A DNA stretch of 64,000 nucleotides from Macrostomum lignano (lineage: Eukaryota), in contig NIVC01000352.1 in assembly GCA_002269645.1 (NCBI GenBank), forward strand, positions 372,001 through 436,000. The letters are read 5' to 3'. Both the position numbers and the translations under genes were made by a program. Every line of letters begins with the position of its first letter. The first letter of the stretch is position 1. Positions 53,185 to 64,000 of this stretch are shown here, in pieces. The notes below the pieces were generated by a model, which saw only the letters and a program-made list of their open reading frames with translations, ran no database searches and was not told the origin of the DNA.

Positions 53185-55279
53185 TTAGCCAGTCGTGGCG
53201 TTGCCATTTGTAGCCCCAGCAGATGTTTGGTTGCAGCAGTTGCAATCTGGCGGCTTCATCTGCACAAGCAGGAAAAAATAGGTCAGAAATAGACCAGCAA
53301 GCTGAAATGAATGAGTCGGGAAAGAAGCAATTATTTGCATGGCAACTACCATAGTGCTCCACTCACCATTAGGATCAGCCATCATTTAATTAATTTGATT
53401 GCTTCTACCTATACATGTAGGTCTGCCAACTATAGATTGCTTGCTCAAACATGCGTTTCTTAAGCACACTGAGTGCAGTTAATATGGGACTGTCTGTTTG
53501 TTCATAAGGACGTTTTACACTCGCTGGAGTCTACGCTCGTGGACCATTTCGATTCTCGACCCACTCGGAACAATTTGTGTCCTTGAGCAAGGCACTTAAC
53601 TCAGCATTGCTTCAGTTCACCCAGCTGTAAAATGGGTGCCAGCATTAGCTGTAGGGTAATTGATGGTGTGTGTGGCGACCCCCCAGTCCTTGGATGGACT
53701 AAACAGCCGTAGCTGCGCGGCTGAGCTGTCGGCTGCACATCTGCCCTAGAGCAGCTATAAAAATCAATTATTAAATTATTAAATCACGAGATCAAAAGGC
53801 TACTCACTTCTAGAACCAAAGATTTCTTGATTACGAATAAGGAGAAGCAGGTCAGGCCATTGTCTTCCGAGGATAAAATGTTTACAAACTGGATGAGCTG
53901 CAAGATTGGAGTTTAGTAACACGGTAGAATTGCGGTATTTAAATGCTTCACATTAGGCACTGATAAAAAGATCGTACTTCTTGTGGCTCTTGCACAACCG
54001 TGAGCCTCTGGATATTTTGCTTCGGTCTCTGGGTCTGAAAATGGAGTTTTGGTTTGGTGGCTTTTAATAAATGCCCGAAATTCAACTTTGAGACCAAAAC
54101 AAAACAAAGAACAGAACAAAAAATAGCAAGCTTTGATTGCTGAGTTAGACTTGCCAGATCGCTGATGTACCCGGCCACTGCCACCGGAACGAACAGGAAC
54201 GCGAATCCCATGGCCACCCAGAACAGCATGATGAACAGGAACAGAGTCTCCTGTCGCGACTCAGGAAACTGGATTAGATAGTACAGCAGCAGGATCGGAC
54301 AGGTAAGGCCGAACATGAAGGTGGCAGACAGGTACTTGCTGACTAGACCGTCAGCAGCTTTCAGCAGGTCCAGTAGGTTTACAAAGTGTCGCCTGCAGAC
54401 TCGAACCTGCTTGCCAGAAACTTCGCCTACACCAGACGAGTCAGCCTGGGCGAGCTGCTTGTCCAGAACGATGTCAAAGGCGCTGAAGACGGAGGCGACG
54501 ATCGCCGCTATGATGAGGAAGATCAGCATTGAGTAGATCCACACACAGGTCTTCACTACCAGCAGCAGTAAGATGCCGACTCGCCAGAAAATGTAACGCC
54601 ACTCAATCTGGTAGACTGGCGCCAGGGCTTCCTCCGGCTCAAGCAAGCGCAGACTGTATTCGAACGGATTCCGGCGCGGCAGCAGCAGAATGAGCACGGC
54701 TGAGAACACAGAGTTCGCCAGCACGCCGGCGGTGCCACCCCAGAACAAGAGACGGTGCCGACGGCAGCTTTTCTCCCAGTGCTTGTCAACGCAGTTGCCG
54801 GGCGCGCCCCAGTCTCTGAGGCTTGTCAGCGCGTTGTCGACCAATTTAAAGAAATCGACAAAGCGACCAACGCAGCTTAAGTACACTAATACGGACTGCG
54901 AGAAGCTGCAGTAAAGATAAAAAGTGATCAGCGTTGTCGAGAGCATCGCCCTGGCGTCAAGTTCCCGCGACAGCCTTAGCTGCTGAATACTAATTGCGGC
55001 TGCCTCAACGAACGCCAACAAGCTTAAGACTGCGGCAACGGTGGTGACCAGGCGCCGCCGCCAGCCGGTCAGCAGGCCGGGCAGCAAGCCGATCCAGGAG
55101 AAAAAGGTAAAGTAGGGCCGGAGGAGGTTGCAAGCGCTGAGATCGGGGTCAGCGACGGCTTCGGTAGAGGAAGGTCGGTTTGCTGACTTGGGTTGGACTG
55201 AGTCGTCGTTAGTAGAATCAGCGGGATCAATGCAGATGCTTTTGATTTTACTGTCTCTCTCTAAATGAAGGCGAGACAT
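53185..55279 (-). CDS. Gustatory-receptor-like protein (7TM ion channel family), four exons, ~462 aa
   Basis: Exons 55279-54155, 54034-53978, 53897-53808, 53301-53185, with three phase-0 introns near the C-terminus. Six hydrophobic segments in exon 1, then FVNILSSEDNGLTCFSLFVIKKSLVLE and LAGLFLTYFFLLVQM (TYhhhhhQF-type signature). Confidence 0.85.
53525..53785 (+). mobile_element. tRNA-derived SINE, copy 2, in the last intron of the GRL gene
   Basis: Body matches the 1-240 copy; head degraded; ends in an aattatta-type tail. Confidence 0.8.
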
Positions 55280-56103
55280 TTCGTACCTGCTGCCGAGCTG
55301 TAATACTTCTCTGTCTGGGAAATTGGGGACTTTTTGTATTTTGATCTAATAATTAAAAAACAGCTTTGTCGGTCTTATATTCTCAGAGAGTGAATGCTCC
55401 TCATGGGTTCGCTAGTGGACACAGGATTCGGCCAATGGTGGTGGATTCGCTTTCTGATCGCCAACAAGGGGATAGAAGGCAGAGTAGCTGAGCTAAACTG
55501 AAACGTTCTGGAATGGCTTTTTGAGATACGCGTCCTTTGCGCCCCTCTGTTCTCCTTAATCCACTCTAATCTGCAGCTTTCCACCCTGCATGGAAACGGA
55601 AGGCCACTCCCGATGCCATTTGCAAAGTCTGAATCATTTCACCCCCTCTTACATCTGCTCTCCTCATCCTGCCAAAGATGCATGTCAATATCATCAGTTA
55701 CTGTAAGAGCTAAAGGCTCATCTCTTGTTTAGGCAAGTAGCATTGCACTGCAGAAATGAGATGCATTGATTTACTGAAAGGGCTGCTTGTCCCTGGTACA
55801 GAAAAGGACAGGACAGGAAACCCAATGAATATGTATGTGCTCTATTCATAGAGTTCTGCAGATAGCTGCTATCTACTGTATACTGTGTCTAAAACAGATT
55901 TAAACAAATTCAACCCCAAAACGATTCTGTGCATCCAGCTGTCTTAAGGAAGGTCGATTCGTCGTCATCTCCATAAAGTTGCGCCGAGTGATGCAGCAGC
56001 AAATCAACAAAAAAGTGATACATTTTCTGTTAAATATGTTTCCATTACTTTAGTCCCTGATTAATCGGTGGCTCTTCAGTCTTCTACGAGCGTAGGCTCT
56101 ATT

Positions 56104-56295
56104 CAGGGAATACTCAATGCCAGGGAACAGAAAACAACAGAATTTGGGGCCTACTTTTTGTGTATTCCCTTGAAGTGAGTTTTTTTCAGTCGTGAAACCT
56201 ACGAGTATCCAAGTAATGCTTCTCGAGGACTAAGTTTTTAATATATCAGTCTCCAACTTTGTCCTTCCCCGTCCCTAGAACTTGAATAGTCCCTG
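56104..56295. mobile_element. 192-bp MITE with CAGGGA ends and a perfect 8-bp TSD
   Basis: gctctatt on both sides (56096-56103 and 56296-56303). Ends CAGGGAATACTCAA vs (rc) CAGGGACTATTCAA, 12/14 match. Confidence 0.75.
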
Positions 56296-56699
56296 GCTCT
56301 ATTGCTACGGTGGTAAACTGCCGTCACGCGATTTATTGGACAAATCAAAGCGATGCTGAAATGCCTTTGAGTACCTTCCCATTGTCTATTGTTGTCAGAC
56401 TTAATTACATGCCCAGACCATTTTGTGAGAATCGTTTTATACAAAAATTGTAGATAAATGGTTTGCGGGGCAGACAGAGGCAGTGTAAGTCACGCAAATG
56501 CATTAAACTTGGAGTTGCGGCTTTGTTGTAGCGCGTGATGTATGTTTTGAGCATTGTAGAAATATAAAAATGCACCAACTTAGTTGATACTCAAGCTACA
56601 AGCTACGAAGCGACAACTTTGACAACGTTATTCATGCATACATGTACAAGACAGCAGCACAACAAGATGTTCTGTCAGTTCTTATAAAAAATAACATCA

Positions 56700-57175
56700 T
56701 AGGGCGCGTCTCTGGCCGGGGGCTTCGCAGTCGATGAAACGCTGATTGTTGCGTATGCCCCCCCCCCTCGGTAGGCCACTAAGACGTCTCTCCAGTTGGT
56801 GTTGACTCACGCGTCGCCGTAGCAGAAAGCCGTCGTCGTTTGGTAGAAGAGAAGTCAGGCAAGCTGCCCAGTGCTGACACAGCAGCTTTCATGCCGCCAT
56901 GATTGCGGGAGCCTGGCACGTTGTACCATTGGGAGCAAGAATACCACTGCTTTGAATGTATTCTTGAAATCTATGAAGACAACAGTCAGGATCGAATTGC
57001 GTATCCACACCTCCTCGATGACTCGGCGAAGATCCAGGATGCGGATCAAGAACGGGTTGCAACCGCGATGATAGTTTCCATTTGAAGAACATCATCGCGC
57101 AGTACAGGACTGAAGGCAGATGCCTCGGTGCTCTTCAAGCCTTGTCGTGCCCGGCTTTTTAGGAATGGGAATAAC
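56700..57175 (-). pseudogene. RTE-type LINE fragment, internally deleted
   Basis: IPIPKKPGTTRLEEHRGICLQSC, RLQPVLDP and ILDLRRVIEE...VFIDFKNTF are RT motifs in shifting frames. Confidence 0.65.
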
Positions 57176-58486
57176 AGAAAAATAGCCGAATTTTGTATAG
57201 TTTTCAATCAGTTACCGCGAGTTTTGAATATTTATAAGGAAAGTTGATGCTGTGCTTGTATCGTATCACTTTTTGCTAGCTAATGCATCAGTAAACGGTA
57301 TTTTTTGGCCTGCTTTTCTATGAATCACGTGATGTGCTAACTGGTTAACAAGAGTTTAGTTGCGAGCAAATCTAACAACTAACAATCTGTCGGTTTTTGG
57401 ATACCAAAAATGAGTTGATTATTGAGCTTTTCTACGGCTGAATACGGACGGACAAGTTGCGACATTTAAGCTGGACTTCGACAATGATGCTTAATCTCGA
57501 TGATGCCACCGTCGAAGGCACCACGAGAATCGAAAAATTACGACAAATACGGAAAAATCAGTTGATTTTAAAGTCGACTTTCTCATCCAGGATTGATAGT
57601 CGACTTCCAACTTGGTTGCCTCTCCTCCTTGAGAGAAAATGAAGACTTATAGGGCGCTGCGGCCTGTTCTCAATTCGGTGGGCTCCTCCAAGTACGTTAC
57701 TGCACGCTTCCCTCTCGTCTAGGCCTTTGCGTGGATCGTAAACAAAAGCAGACAGACTGGCTGATGCAGCATTGCAAACGCTATGATTCTGGTTAACCGC
57801 TTTAAAAATCAATCAGCTGGTCTCTAAAGCAAATTCATCGACGAGGTATTGACGCGCGATGCCTGTTGGCCTATCGAAATTTCAGGTAGGAGATATCCAG
57901 AAGACCATGCACTACGAGCGTACTCGTACATGATGTGAGAGCATTTATCGGCAATGTTCTTCCATTTGCTATCCATTCGAGTTACGCTCGAAGGAGTTAC
58001 AAAAATTTCCACATGTAGTAAAGCAACTGCAGTGCTAAATATAAACCCTTTCCATTTCCAATCAGCGGTTTCGCATCTCTATCGATCAATCACATGATTC
58101 GCTCCGCCCCGGCCAAGAAACTTGAGCCTTAAGTCTTGAGCCGTTTTCAGGCCAAAGAAACGAAATTAGAGGATAAAAATCTTATACTCCAGCAAGCTAT
58201 TGAACTGAGGCCAAAACAATTCGACTATACATAACATTTAGGCATCCAAAAAGGTTAGGAAACAGCTCTACTTCAAGTAGTCACCTCCATAAACTAAATG
58301 AATCTTATCGGCTAGAAATTTTATTTTAACCTTTATTGGATTAAAAGTACGATAGATCACAGTCAAAATTGCTTCTTTATGTGATAATTTGGCAGATTAA
58401 AGCAAGAGAATTTTCATTAAAGTTGAAAATCAAGCAGAAAATTTTAAATCTTAAATCCGAAATGTTGGATTTTTCTCGGCGCAAAA

Positions 58487-59893
58487 TCATTCGACCTTGG
58501 CCGACTTCTTCTTTGACATGCTCAACTGTTCCTTTTGCTGCTTCCGATCTCGGCTTCGCATGTAGAGCCAAAGACCGGAGGACAGCAGGTGCAGGCCCTG
58601 AGCAAGGCCAGTCAGCCAGCTTGGCGGCTGCCGGCTGTGCAGGGCGACGCACAGAGTAGTCACAACGATGCAGCGCATCAGCTCGATGGTGGCGGCCGAG
58701 CGGGGGAAGCCGTCAATCAGGCGGCCGATGGAGTACAGGGTGAGGAGGATCAGCGCACAGCTGACAGCCACGGCCGGCACAGACAGGCTCTGCCGGTTGC
58801 TAGCCAGGTAGATGTAGACAACGTGGATAGCGAAGAAGTGCAGGGTGGCGTAGGCAGTCACCCAGATGGGCACCTGGGGATTGTGATACTGCACCGGGTT
58901 TTCGATTTCCGGGAAATCGTCAGTGCCGAGCCGAGGCGTTCCTGGCTGCCAGCCGGGTCCGTAGAAGAAGGCGCGGAATCTGTCCGTCCAGTTGCTGTGC
59001 TGGCGCCACAGGCCGAGCACGTATTTCAGATGGAACAACTGCAGCTCTATGGGGTCGAAGGTGTTCACTGGATGGATGAGGCCGTACACAGGCGGCTCGT
59101 CGTCCTTCTCAGCCTGAAAAGTGCCAAAAATCCGGTCAAACAGAATGAAAGTGCCGCCATAGTTCTTGTCAATACAGTAGGCATTGCGTCCGTGGTGGAC
59201 TCGGTGATGCGACGGCGTGTTCATCACGTACTCGATGGGCGCAGGCAGCTTCTTGATCACTTCGGTATGGATCCAGAACTGGTACAGCAGGTTGAACTGG
59301 ATGTGTACGGCAAACAGAGATGGCGGCAGCACCAGAGCCAGTGGTAGGTAGATAAACCAGCTAAAGTAACGCTGTAGCACGGATTGGCGCAGCGCAGTGG
59401 TGAGGTTGTACCGCTCCGAGCTGTGATGCATCTGGTGGCCAGACCAGAACAAGTTCACCTCGTGCGCGGTTCTGTGCACCCAGTAGTAGCAGAAGTCCAC
59501 CCCGATCAGGGCGGCCAGCCAAGCCCAGGCCGAGTCCCAGGGTACGTCAGCAATGCGCCAGTGATCGTACACCCAGATGTAGCTGGACACCTCAATGCTG
59601 CGCGCCAACAGCAGTGGCAGCTGGGAGATCAAGCCGCCGCTGACTGAGCCAATGCTGTCGTTAAGAGGAATGGCCTTTCTGCGGCCCTTGCACACCAGGA
59701 TTATATATTCGATAAAGATGAGCAGCAGAAAGTACGGGATGGCTTCGTCAACAAATTTGGGTACTTTGTCCACCTCCGGAGCGCTGGACTCCCACGGCGT
59801 CACCAGGTAGAGCATTCTGCGTAGGCCAGTCAGCGGGTCCACCAGGTGCGGCCTCGTCACCTCCTCTGTGACGTTGCTCATGTTGCTAGCCAT
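58487..59893 (-). CDS. AGMO: Alkylglycerol monooxygenase (TMEM195), intronless, 468 aa
   Basis: Eight-His fatty-acid-hydroxylase motifs YYWVHRTAHE, WSGHQMHHSSE and NTPSHHRVHHGRN; also TTALRQS, IDKNYGG and FDRIFGTF; C-terminal TM helices. Confidence 0.95.
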   Translation of the reverse strand: MASNMSNVTEEVTRPHLVDPLTGLRRMLYLVTPWESSAPEVDKVPKFVDEAIPYFLLLIFIEYIILVCKGRRKAIPLNDSIGSVSGGLISQLPLLLARSIEVSSYIWVYDHWRIADVPWDSAWAWLAALIGVDFCYYWVHRTAHEVNLFWSGHQMHHSSERYNLTTALRQSVLQRYFSWFIYLPLALVLPPSLFAVHIQFNLLYQFWIHTEVIKKLPAPIEYVMNTPSHHRVHHGRNAYCIDKNYGGTFILFDRIFGTFQAEKDDEPPVYGLIHPVNTFDPIELQLFHLKYVLGLWRQHSNWTDRFRAFFYGPGWQPGTPRLGTDDFPEIENPVQYHNPQVPIWVTAYATLHFFAIHVVYIYLASNRQSLSVPAVAVSCALILLTLYSIGRLIDGFPRSAATIELMRCIVVTTLCVALHSRQPPSWLTGLAQGLHLLSSGLWLYMRSRDRKQQKEQLSMSKKKSAKVE

Positions 59894-60365
59894 GCTCAGC
59901 TAGTGGAGGAGTGACATTCAGCGATTCCGAGTAATACAGCAAAGAGATCTGCTTGAGCCTGAGGGCGAAGCAAAATATAGCCAGTCGGATCGCAGTCTGT
60001 GCGTACAATATGCCGCACACTCTGCCAGCGCTCAGTGACAGCTCATCACTAGGTGAATCTCTTAACTCTAATCTTGGGGCAACTTGGCATAGAGACGAGG
60101 CGTACAATGAGAAGGCCTGTACACTCGCCTGACCACACCTATATAATGAACTTTGGCTAGGCATGTGACCACTGACACTTGCAATGCCCTCCATTCGACC
60201 GCAAAGTACGTTTTGGCTTCTACGAGTATGTAACAGGCGGTGGCACGTCGAGCCACGGTTTAGCGATAACGGGTTCTTATTTGCCCTGTTTTTCTTTTAT
60301 ACATAAATCTCAGCAAAACTAAAGCAATACTTGCAGTTTTCCAGCATTCTTAGTTTAATGTTCTG

Positions 60366-62411
60366 CAAGGACTACTTAAACTAGGGATGGGAAACTGGCC
60401 AAATCATGCAGAAAATAGTTGGAGGCTGGTTTTTTCTAGCGCTCCCTAGAATTTTAGTGAACGTAGAAAGCTGGTTTTTCGCCATCCTGAACAGAATTTA
60501 TTCCTCTATAAGATGCACAACTTATTTTTTGTCGAGCTTCATTTTGAGAGTAGCAGTGAGCTTTTTTGTACGGTACTCCTTTTTTTCACAGTGTTTTTAT
60601 AGAGAATGCCTTATAAAAATCTGCAGTCAGACGGATTTTTGTCTATGGTATAAAACGCATCATCACTATACATGTAACACTTGTGTATCAATTGAGCATG
60701 CAACGAAGGCTTTGCTTTAGTCTGTCTGATGACTGATAGAGCCTGATACATGTATATGAATGAAGAGCTTAGCTAAAGTCGAAAAACTCTAGCAAGCCAA
60801 CTTTTTTCGAGCCAAGCTCACGAGGCCCCCGTCGGGTAGAAAATTAACACAGAGCTACCCGGATGTAGCGAGGCTGCGGTAGCTGCTAGAGCGCAATGAG
60901 AACTTGTTCGCCAAGCACGAGTTCGACCTGGGCACAACGGATCAGCTGCAGCACCAGGTACAACGGGAAAACGGGTACAACGGGAACGCGGCCGCACCGG
61001 CAAATCCAAGCAGCGCCGTCTGCCTCTGTCTGTGCGAGACCAGGTGGATAAAAAGATTTTACAGATGCTGGACAGCGGCATCATCGAGCCGTCGTCGTCG
61101 CCATGGGCGAACAACCTGCTGGTGGTCCGCAAGAACGGCAAAATGCACGGACGCTGAATGCCTGCACGGACGCGTACCCGCTGCCTCACATGCAGCAAGC
61201 ATGAATGCTCTGGTCGGGTGCTTCTGGTTCTCCACCATCGACTGTCGGCAGGGCTACCACCAGGTGGAGGTGGCGGAAGAGGACCGGTTTAAAACTGCTT
61301 TCTATTCGACCCGCGGCCTGACGCAGTTCCACAAGACGGGCTTTGGAATTTGCAATGCCCCAGCGACGTTCCAGCGGCTGATGGAACTGGTGATGTCCAG
61401 TCTGTCCAGGGACTCCGTGCTGACTTACATCGACGACATCATCGTCTTCAGCAGGACCTTTGACGAGCATCTGGTGAGACTTGAGCGCGTTTTTTAACGG
61501 CTGCGAGATGCGGGTCTCAAACTGCACAATGCGAAGAGCGTGTTCGGCCATCGCCGGGTGCTGTACCTGGGACATTTGATCAGCGAGCAGGGTATTGCAC
61601 CGGACCCCAGCAAGTTTGAGGTCATTCGCAGCATCCCTAGTCCAAAGTCGGTCGAAGAGGTGAACATTCTGACCATTGCCGAATACTTCTTTCCTGGTCA
61701 CGACTTTCCAGCACTTTCCAGTACGACTGTCGAATTGCTTTTTTGAAGACCTTGTCTAGCGCTACAAGACCAAAGACCAAAGTCGGCTGTCCACTGTTGA
61801 ATGTGCCATGAGTCGAGACTGACTGACACACGACACCATGTAGAGGTTTATAATACATATTTGTGAAATTTTGAGTGCTTATATGTCCACAAAATATATC
61901 TAGCAATACGTACGTACAGTCACCGACTGCGACTGTGTGAAAAAATCGTCTTCTGCTTTCCCTTTGCTCTTTTCCATTGCCCCCCCCTCCGAATTCACGT
62001 GGCTCGGTTTCAGAGTAATTGCAGAGCAATTCTTTTAGATTAATGACAAGGAAAATTATATTCTTTATTCAGTTAGTCAAGGCTAATTTTTAGATGACGC
62101 AGCAGAAGCGGCTACAAGCTTAACAGCGATGATGCTTGTGCAGAAACCCTAGACATTTCAATAAGGCGTTTGCTGTGTTAAATTCCCTAGAAAAAGGGGG
62201 TCCTGTACAAAAAAAGCTCACTGCTCCTCTCAAAATAAAGATCGACAAAAAATAAGTTGTGCATCTTGTAGAGGAATAAATTTTGTACAGGATGGCGAAA
62301 AACCAGCTTTCTACGTTCACTAAAATTCTAGGGAGCGCTAGAAAAAACCAGCCTCCAACTATTTTCTGCAAGATTTGGCCAGTTTCCCATCCCTAGTTAA
62401 AGTAGTCCCTG
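60366..62411. mobile_element. 2046-bp non-autonomous DNA transposon with ~206-bp TIRs and a perfect 8-bp TSD (P-like or hAT-like)
   Basis: atgttctg on both sides. Ends CAAGGACTACT / (rc) CAGGGACTACT. TIRs 60366-60571 and 62205-62411, which explains the near-identical ORFs at 60406(+) and 62120(-). Confidence 0.92.
60850..61665 (+). pseudogene. Ty3/Gypsy reverse-transcriptase fragment inside the TIR element
   Basis: FAKHEFDLGTT, IIEPSSSPWA, FSTIDCRQGYHQV, KTAF, FGICNAPATFQRLM, LTYIDDIIVFS, YLGHLIS. Frameshifts and an in-frame stop; no LTR, gag or integrase. Confidence 0.9.
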
Positions 62412-63644
62412 ATGTTCTGTTGATCTTATCGCTGACCTATTCTATTCTAAAACAAGGCTTGCTCAATGATGAAAGTAACATTTTGTGTGATGTTTTGGTT
62501 TTGGTTCTAAACTTCAAGAGCTCAAATGATAAAATCTAGATCTATCTAGATATTTTTTAAACTTGATAATCGAGAGTGCATCCCGTGCTTTACAAAAATG
62601 CGCGTAGTACAATGAAACTGCTCAGGAATAGACCAGATTTTGCAGCTCACTTGGCGACATCAAACGTTCTCAACTGCAGTTCTTGTCTATTGCGCCGCGG
62701 CCATCGCCCAGCAGGCCAGATGAAACGCTACTACTGTACAATCGACGCAGCCAATGACCAACTGGGTTTGGCACCAGGAAGACGCCAAAGAAGACCATGG
62801 AAAAGTACAGCCCGGGACAGATCTCGTACGAGCTCGTAGTGGCCCAGACCGAAGGCAATGTTCAGTAGACCGGCTATCAGAGCGTGCCGAACGCCCTGCA
62901 GTTGCGCTTGCTGTAAATGTCGAATGAGATGTATTGTAAACTGTCGAATATCTTGTTACTTGATTCTCCTGAATATGAAGCAGGTTGCAACAAGTGAGCC
63001 ATGCCATTAGCTGAGCTGCTGTAATTCACAAGTCCAGCAAGTCCGAACTTCCAGCTGACGCTGACGCCCAAACTAGCTCGTATTTTTTACTTTACTACGA
63101 GCGCGTATATTTGCTTTCGTTTTGTTTGCGCCGAGTAAACAGTTTGTAAAGTAAGCTCCCAGTACTACTAAGCACTAATGACGCTACTTAACGTCCATAT
63201 TCGCGAGAAAAGGAGTCATTTTGAATGCCAAATTCTCCAACTTCTAGTACCAAGTACTACGGTAAATAGCATGAGGATCGGAGGCATGTCAACCTACTCG
63301 TAGTTCTAGAATGGCTTAGTTTCTCTGTCAAACCCGACTATTGGATCGGCGATGAGAGTAGAATCTTGAAATAACAGAAGACCATACTGGAGACCCATCG
63401 AAGCTGGAGACCCATGGATCTCTAGACCTATCGAATAAAGTACGCTGTTCTGTTTCGAACTAAATTGACACCCCATTCTGATCTATTCTGGGTAAACTAA
63501 CGCGCAATCGACCTTTAAGGCCTCCAACGATTCCAGATCAATTCGAGCCCAAAATAAATAAACATCTACAATAAGCCACACATGTATAAATCACATCTGT
63601 CTCTAGCATCACAGGTTGAAATCAATCAATCAGCTTAAACTGAC

Positions 63645-63909
63645 AGAGGCGCCCATGCCGCAGTAAACGGCCAGGCCCAGCGCCTCGGAGACCCACACGC
63701 ACGCTGGCAGGACGCAAGTCAGAACGGTGGATCCAAGCAGACTGGCCGAGTCGACCAGGAACGGCTCCAGCCGGGTTCCCAGGTAGCCAAAGGCCAGGTT
63801 GCCGACGGTGAAGGCGGCACCGTAGCCGGCTGGGTACAGGGCGATGCGGGACTCCGGGACGGAGAGCTCGCTGGCCATCACGGGGACGAAGTTGATGGCC
63901 GTCACCATG
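63645..63909 (-). CDS. Internal exon of an MFS (monocarboxylate-transporter-like) gene; rest of the gene not resolved
   Basis: Acceptor TTCAG|C, GC-rich frame with hydrophobic helices (GYGAAFTVGNLAFGYLGTRL; LLGSTVLTCVLPAC), probable donor TCT|GTCAGT. Confidence 0.6.
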
Positions 63910-63912
63910 CTG

Positions 63913-63933
63913 AACCCTAACCCTAACCCTAAC
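63913..63933. repeat. Three telomere-type (TTAGGG/CCCTAA) units at a splice acceptor
   Basis: AACCCT x3 plus AAC, directly upstream of the MFS exon on the minus strand. Confidence 0.85.
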
Positions 63934-64000
63934 AGTTAAAAATCAATGCAGAATATCAAACCAGTGTGCTGTGTATCCGAGACTAGGCGCAACCTAGGCA

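Noticed and set aside
62560-63071. GC-rich stretch with several short ORFs on both strands
   Set aside because: No recognisable motif and no consistent splice model with the MFS exon.

Overview
Repeat-rich eukaryotic (metazoan) genomic DNA: AT-rich intergenic and intronic sequence, GC-rich exons, GT-AG introns packed with micro- and minisatellites. The composition and TTAGGG-type intronic repeats resemble a free-living flatworm such as Macrostomum, but the species is my inference. The ORF track misses most real genes because they are spliced; I built the exon models by hand from splice sites and phase consistency. Genes: a 10-exon IQ-motif protein (+), a single-pass membrane protein (+), an unusually short TPX2-like gene (-), a 6- or 7-exon unknown protein (-), a BRICHOS-antistasin-peptide precursor (-), a gustatory-receptor-like 7TM channel with a probable GC-AG intron (-), intronless AGMO (-) and one MFS exon (-). 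Mobile DNA: an intact DD37E IS630-Tc1-mariner element, defective mariners, tRNA-derived SINEs, LOA/R1- and RTE-type LINE fragments, a Gypsy 3' end with its LTR, and several MITE families. The most coherent finding is a set of four elements with related CA(A/T/G)GGAC ends and perfect 8-bp TSDs (24, 37, 192 and 2046 bp). The two smallest look like P-element-type excision footprints, and the largest carries a Gypsy RT fragment.
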